Of a stretch of DNA of 35,778 nucleotides, positions 33,253-35,778 are shown piece after piece. The notes below the pieces were generated by a model. That model saw nothing but the letters and a program-made list of their open reading frames with translations, was not told where the DNA came from and did no database searches. The translations under genes were made by a program, and so were the position numbers. Origin of the DNA: Actinomycetota bacterium (GTDB taxonomy: Bacteria > Actinomycetota > Actinomycetes > UBA12327); contig JAPLBW010000028.1 of NCBI GenBank assembly GCA_026392555.1, positions 1 to 35,778 of the forward strand. The letters run 5' to 3'. Each line of letters begins with the position of its first letter. Position 1 is the first letter of the stretch.

Positions 33253-33860
33253 ATGCGTCTAGATCATGTCTCTTATGCGGTCCCTGCTTCTCATCTCGCT
33301 GACGAGGTTCAACGCCTTGGTGCAAGCGCAGGTGGGATCTTTCGCGATGGCGGTCGCCACCCTCGGTTTGGGACGCGCAACTTTGTTTTGCCATTGGCCG
33401 GCGGTTCGTACCTCGAAGTAGTAGCAACGCTGGATCACCCAGCCGCAGACCGCGCACCTTTTGGTCAAGCGGTGAAGCATCGTGCAGAACGCGGTGGCGG
33501 ATGGATGGCATGGGTCTTGGCTGTTGATGATGTCGAGCCAATGGAACAGCGCTTGGGCCGTCCTGCCGTTGAGGGCATGCGTCACCGGCCCGATGGCGTT
33601 GACCTCACGTGGAAGCAACTGGGAATCAAAGATGTGATGGAAGATCCACAGGTGCCCTTCTTTGTTCAGTGGCTCAGTGATGCAGCAAGCTTCCTCGCAT
33701 TGAGCGTTTGGAAATCGGTGGCGATGCGGCTTCAGTCACCGAGTTCCTTGGTTCATCAGTGGATGACATTGATGGTGTGACGATTGATTTTGTTGACGGC
33801 GAGCCTGGCTTGGTCGCGGTTCACTTGGCTACCCACCGAGGATCGGTGCGGCTCGACTGA
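33253..33860 (+). pseudogene. glyoxalase-like (VOC superfamily) domain protein, interrupted by a frameshift near 33681-33699
   Basis: The N-terminal part MRLDHVSYAV...PFFVQWLSD is family-like. After about 33690 the family-like sequence continues only in the -1 frame (IERLEIGGDAASVTEFLGSSVDDIDGVTIDFVDGEPGLVAVHLATHRGSVRLD, stop at 33858-33860). The span is 608 nt, which is not a multiple of 3. Confidence 0.65.
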
Positions 33861-34110
33861 TGACCAGCCCTGACGGTCAGGCGGCTGAACAACAAGCAAT
33901 CCTGGATGGACACCCCCGCCGTTGGGCGATCTTGGGCGTTATGGTTTTTAGTTTGACCATCGTTGCCTTCAGATAGCTCCCGGCTAAGCCCGCGCCACCA
34001 AGCGAACCGGTGGAATCAACCCACTGATCGGACCAGCCTGTGGTGCCTGCGGGTGCCTCGCGTATGCTTTCGTGGGTTCCCAACGGACCTGTGCAAACAG
34101 GATTTCGTGA

Positions 34111-34183
34111 GCCCCCATCGTCTAGTGGTCTAGGACGCCGCCCTTTCAAGGCGGTAACACGGGTTCGAACCCCGTTGGGGGTA
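34111..34183 (+). tRNA. tRNA-Glu (anticodon UUC)
   Basis: GCCCCCATCGTCTAGTGGTCTAGGACGCCGCCCTTTCAAGGCGGTAACACGGGTTCGAACCCCGTTGGGGGTA. The anticodon loop is CTTTCAA, and CCA is not encoded. Confidence 0.9.
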
Positions 34184-34250
34184 CGCAAGTACCTGTTTGA
34201 CCAGCACCCCTCGTGCTGGAGTAGTAAGCCTCACGGATTCGTCCGTGTTT

Positions 34251-34327
34251 GGCCCCGTAGCGCAGTTGGTTAGCGCGCCGCCCTGTCACGGCGGAGGTCG
34301 CCGGTTCGAGCCCGGTCGGGGTCGCCA
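34251..34327 (+). tRNA. tRNA-Asp (anticodon GUC), CCA encoded
   Basis: GGCCCCGTAGCGCAGTTGGTTAGCGCGCCGCCCTGTCACGGCGGAGGTCGCCGGTTCGAGCCCGGTCGGGGTCGCCA. The anticodon loop is CTGTCAC. Confidence 0.9.
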
Positions 34328-34351
34328 GGACACCCTTTGGGTGACCTGTTC

Positions 34352-34427
34352 GGTCAGGTAGCTCAGTTGGGAGAGCGGCCGCCTGAAAAGCGGTAGGTCG
34401 GCGGATCGAACCCGCCCCTGACCACCA
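34352..34427 (+). tRNA. tRNA-Phe (anticodon GAA), CCA encoded
   Basis: GGTCAGGTAGCTCAGTTGGGAGAGCGGCCGCCTGAAAAGCGGTAGGTCGGCGGATCGAACCCGCCCCTGACCACCA. The anticodon loop is CTGAAAA. Confidence 0.9.
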
Positions 34428-34459
34428 GTTGTGCGCAATGTCGGATGGGTCGTTCAGTT

Positions 34460-34476
34460 GACGTTGGATCAACGTC
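34460..34476 (+). terminator. possible hairpin after the tRNA operon
   Basis: GACGTTG-gat-CAACGTC is a 7-bp stem 33 nt after tRNA-Phe. The loop is only 3 nt and there is no T-run. Confidence 0.25.
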
Positions 34477-34556
34477 TGACCGATGGCAGACCGGAATCCC
34501 CTGTGTTTGGATGGAAAGAATATTTTTCTGTTCCTAACTCTTTGAGGGATCTTGAC

Positions 34557-35778
34557 ATGGGTTTAAACCGACGTTTCGTTGGAATTGTTGCTGTCACTGC
34601 TGTCATGACGGCGACGCTCGTGCCACTGGGGGCTAGCACCGCACAGGCAGCACCGGTTGGTCCTGGCTTTACCCTCACCGTCTCCGATCTGCAATACATC
34701 CTTGATCAAATCAAGATTGCGGAAGCCCATAAGGCAGCTGATAAGCGGGCAACGTGTACGAGCGGTAACGGATTAACGGTGGCAAACTGTGCAGTCCCTG
34801 GGAGCAACCCGTACGTTCCCGGATCTTTGCTCACCACAGACATCTCGGACCCTCGCCTCGTGAACGGCCTGCGTCAAACGGATGGCCGCAACAACAACTT
34901 GATCAACGGATTCTCTACCTGGAATGGTGTGCGTTATACCTCGAGTGCGGGTCAGTCCACCTATGGATCGGCAGATCAACCGTTCCCGCGCGATACGCCG
35001 GAAAACTGGCGCTTGACCGACACCACCAATACTTCGTTCGGCCCCGTGGGTTCGACCTATAACCCTTCGTCGCGCCCGACCAGCTTGGTTGACCCACAGC
35101 CTCGCGTCATCAGCAACTTGATTTCGGATCAATCGGCGTACAACCCAGCCGCTGTTGCTGCCTCTGGTGCTGACATCAGCGGCCTGACCACGGACAAGCA
35201 AAAACAGGACACTCAACTCTTCATCAAGAACGTCGCTCCTAATGCTGGTGTTGCGGCCCCGTATAGCGGAATGTTCACGCTGTTTGGGCAGTTCTTTGAC
35301 CACGGTTTGGACTTGGTCGGTAAGACGAGTGCTGAAGTAGTCCTTATCCCGCTGAAGCCGGATGACCCGTTGTACCGCGAAGGCGCACCCACCAACTTCA
35401 TGGTGCTCAACCGCACGGTGCTGGACTCCAACAACGCTGGCACCAACACCACCACGCCATGGATTGACCAAAACCAGACCTATACCTCTGCACCTTCGCA
35501 CCAAGCGTTCTTGCGCGCTTACGGATGTGGCGGTGCGTCGTCAAGCGCTGCCACCTGTGCGGTTGGCTCCGCTCCTGTCGCAACCGGTGAGATCCTGGAC
35601 GGTGCCATCACGCACAACTTGGCTAACTGGGGCGAAATCAAAGCCCAAGCTGCCAACAAGTTGGGTATTGAGTTGACGGACTATGACGTCACCAATGTTC
35701 CGCTGCTCGCCACGGATGAATTTGGACGTTTTTTGCGCGGACCTAATGGCTTCCCGCTTGTTGTCCTCAAGAGTGGCG
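34557..35778 (+). CDS. secreted animal-haem-peroxidase superfamily protein, N-terminal part (3' end outside window)
   Basis: This gene is not in the ORF track because it has no stop in the window. By hand translation, 407 codons are open from the ATG at 34557 (RBS GAGGGA 7 nt upstream). It has a signal peptide MGLNRRFVGIVAVTAVMTATLVPLGASTAQAAP. The haem-peroxidase motifs are PRVISNLISDQ, FTLFGQFFDHGLDL (distal His) and TPWIDQNQTYTS. Confidence 0.8.
   Translation, partial: MGLNRRFVGIVAVTAVMTATLVPLGASTAQAAPVGPGFTLTVSDLQYILDQIKIAEAHKAADKRATCTSGNGLTVANCAVPGSNPYVPGSLLTTDISDPRLVNGLRQTDGRNNNLINGFSTWNGVRYTSSAGQSTYGSADQPFPRDTPENWRLTDTTNTSFGPVGSTYNPSSRPTSLVDPQPRVISNLISDQSAYNPAAVAASGADISGLTTDKQKQDTQLFIKNVAPNAGVAAPYSGMFTLFGQFFDHGLDLVGKTSAEVVLIPLKPDDPLYREGAPTNFMVLNRTVLDSNNAGTNTTTPWIDQNQTYTSAPSHQAFLRAYGCGGASSSAATCAVGSAPVATGEILDGAITHNLANWGEIKAQAANKLGIELTDYDVTNVPLLATDEFGRFLRGPNGFPLVVLKSG

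Noticed and set aside
34146-34472. 108-aa minus-strand ORF (and the 33877..34188 ORF).
   Set aside because: They lie directly over the tRNA-Glu, tRNA-Asp and tRNA-Phe genes, so they are artefacts of structured RNA sequence.
34773-35504. 243-aa minus-strand ORF listed in the track.
   Set aside because: It is antisense to the plus-strand haem-peroxidase frame, which is open to the window end. Its composition is Arg-rich and it has no family features.
1-35778. Searched by eye for integrases, transposases, IS inverted repeats, toxin-antitoxin pairs, restriction or defence genes, CRISPR arrays and rRNA.
   Set aside because: No ORF product or repeat structure in the window supports any of these.

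Overview
The window looks like an actinobacterial chromosome segment. It is fairly GC-rich, uses GTG/TTG starts with GGAGG-type ribosome-binding sites (RBS), and carries a tRNA-Lys plus a tRNA-Glu/Asp/Phe cluster. All homology calls are by-eye motif recognition; no searches were run.

**Regions**
- **About 0.3-18.1 kb:** a dense catabolic-looking cluster with no regulator, ferredoxin or reductase gene. It encodes:
  - a PaO/Tic55-like Rieske oxygenase;
  - four paralogous proteins in two subfamilies that resemble ferredoxin-dependent bilin reductases (FDBR) and red-chlorophyll-catabolite reductase (RCCR);
  - a chlorophyllase/PAF-acetylhydrolase-like alpha/beta hydrolase;
  - an SDR with the motifs of chlorophyll b reductase (NOL/NYC1);
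  - an acyl-CoA-dehydrogenase-fold flavoprotein, and two tandem unknown two-domain paralogs;
  - MFS and TauE transporters;
  - edge genes: a maleamate-amidase-like isochorismatase hydrolase, a Dabb protein, an HMG-CoA-lyase-like enzyme and a maleate-isomerase-like protein.
- **18.1-26.0 kb:** an unusual LIV-type ABC importer operon. It has two paralogous lipoprotein binding proteins, an MFS-like::LivF fusion, and a LivH::LivM::LivG fusion broken by a frameshift.
- **26.4-31.9 kb:** a DUF916/WxL-type cell-surface locus, with an esterase-ABM gene pair inside it.
- **32-35.8 kb:** housekeeping genes: Sua5/TsaC, four tRNAs and a frameshifted glyoxalase-like gene. A secreted haem-peroxidase gene runs off the window end and is missing from the ORF track.

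**Main hypothesis:** the first cluster is an undescribed bacterial tetrapyrrole (chlorophyll/bilin) breakdown system built from homologues of the plant PAO/phyllobilin pathway enzymes.
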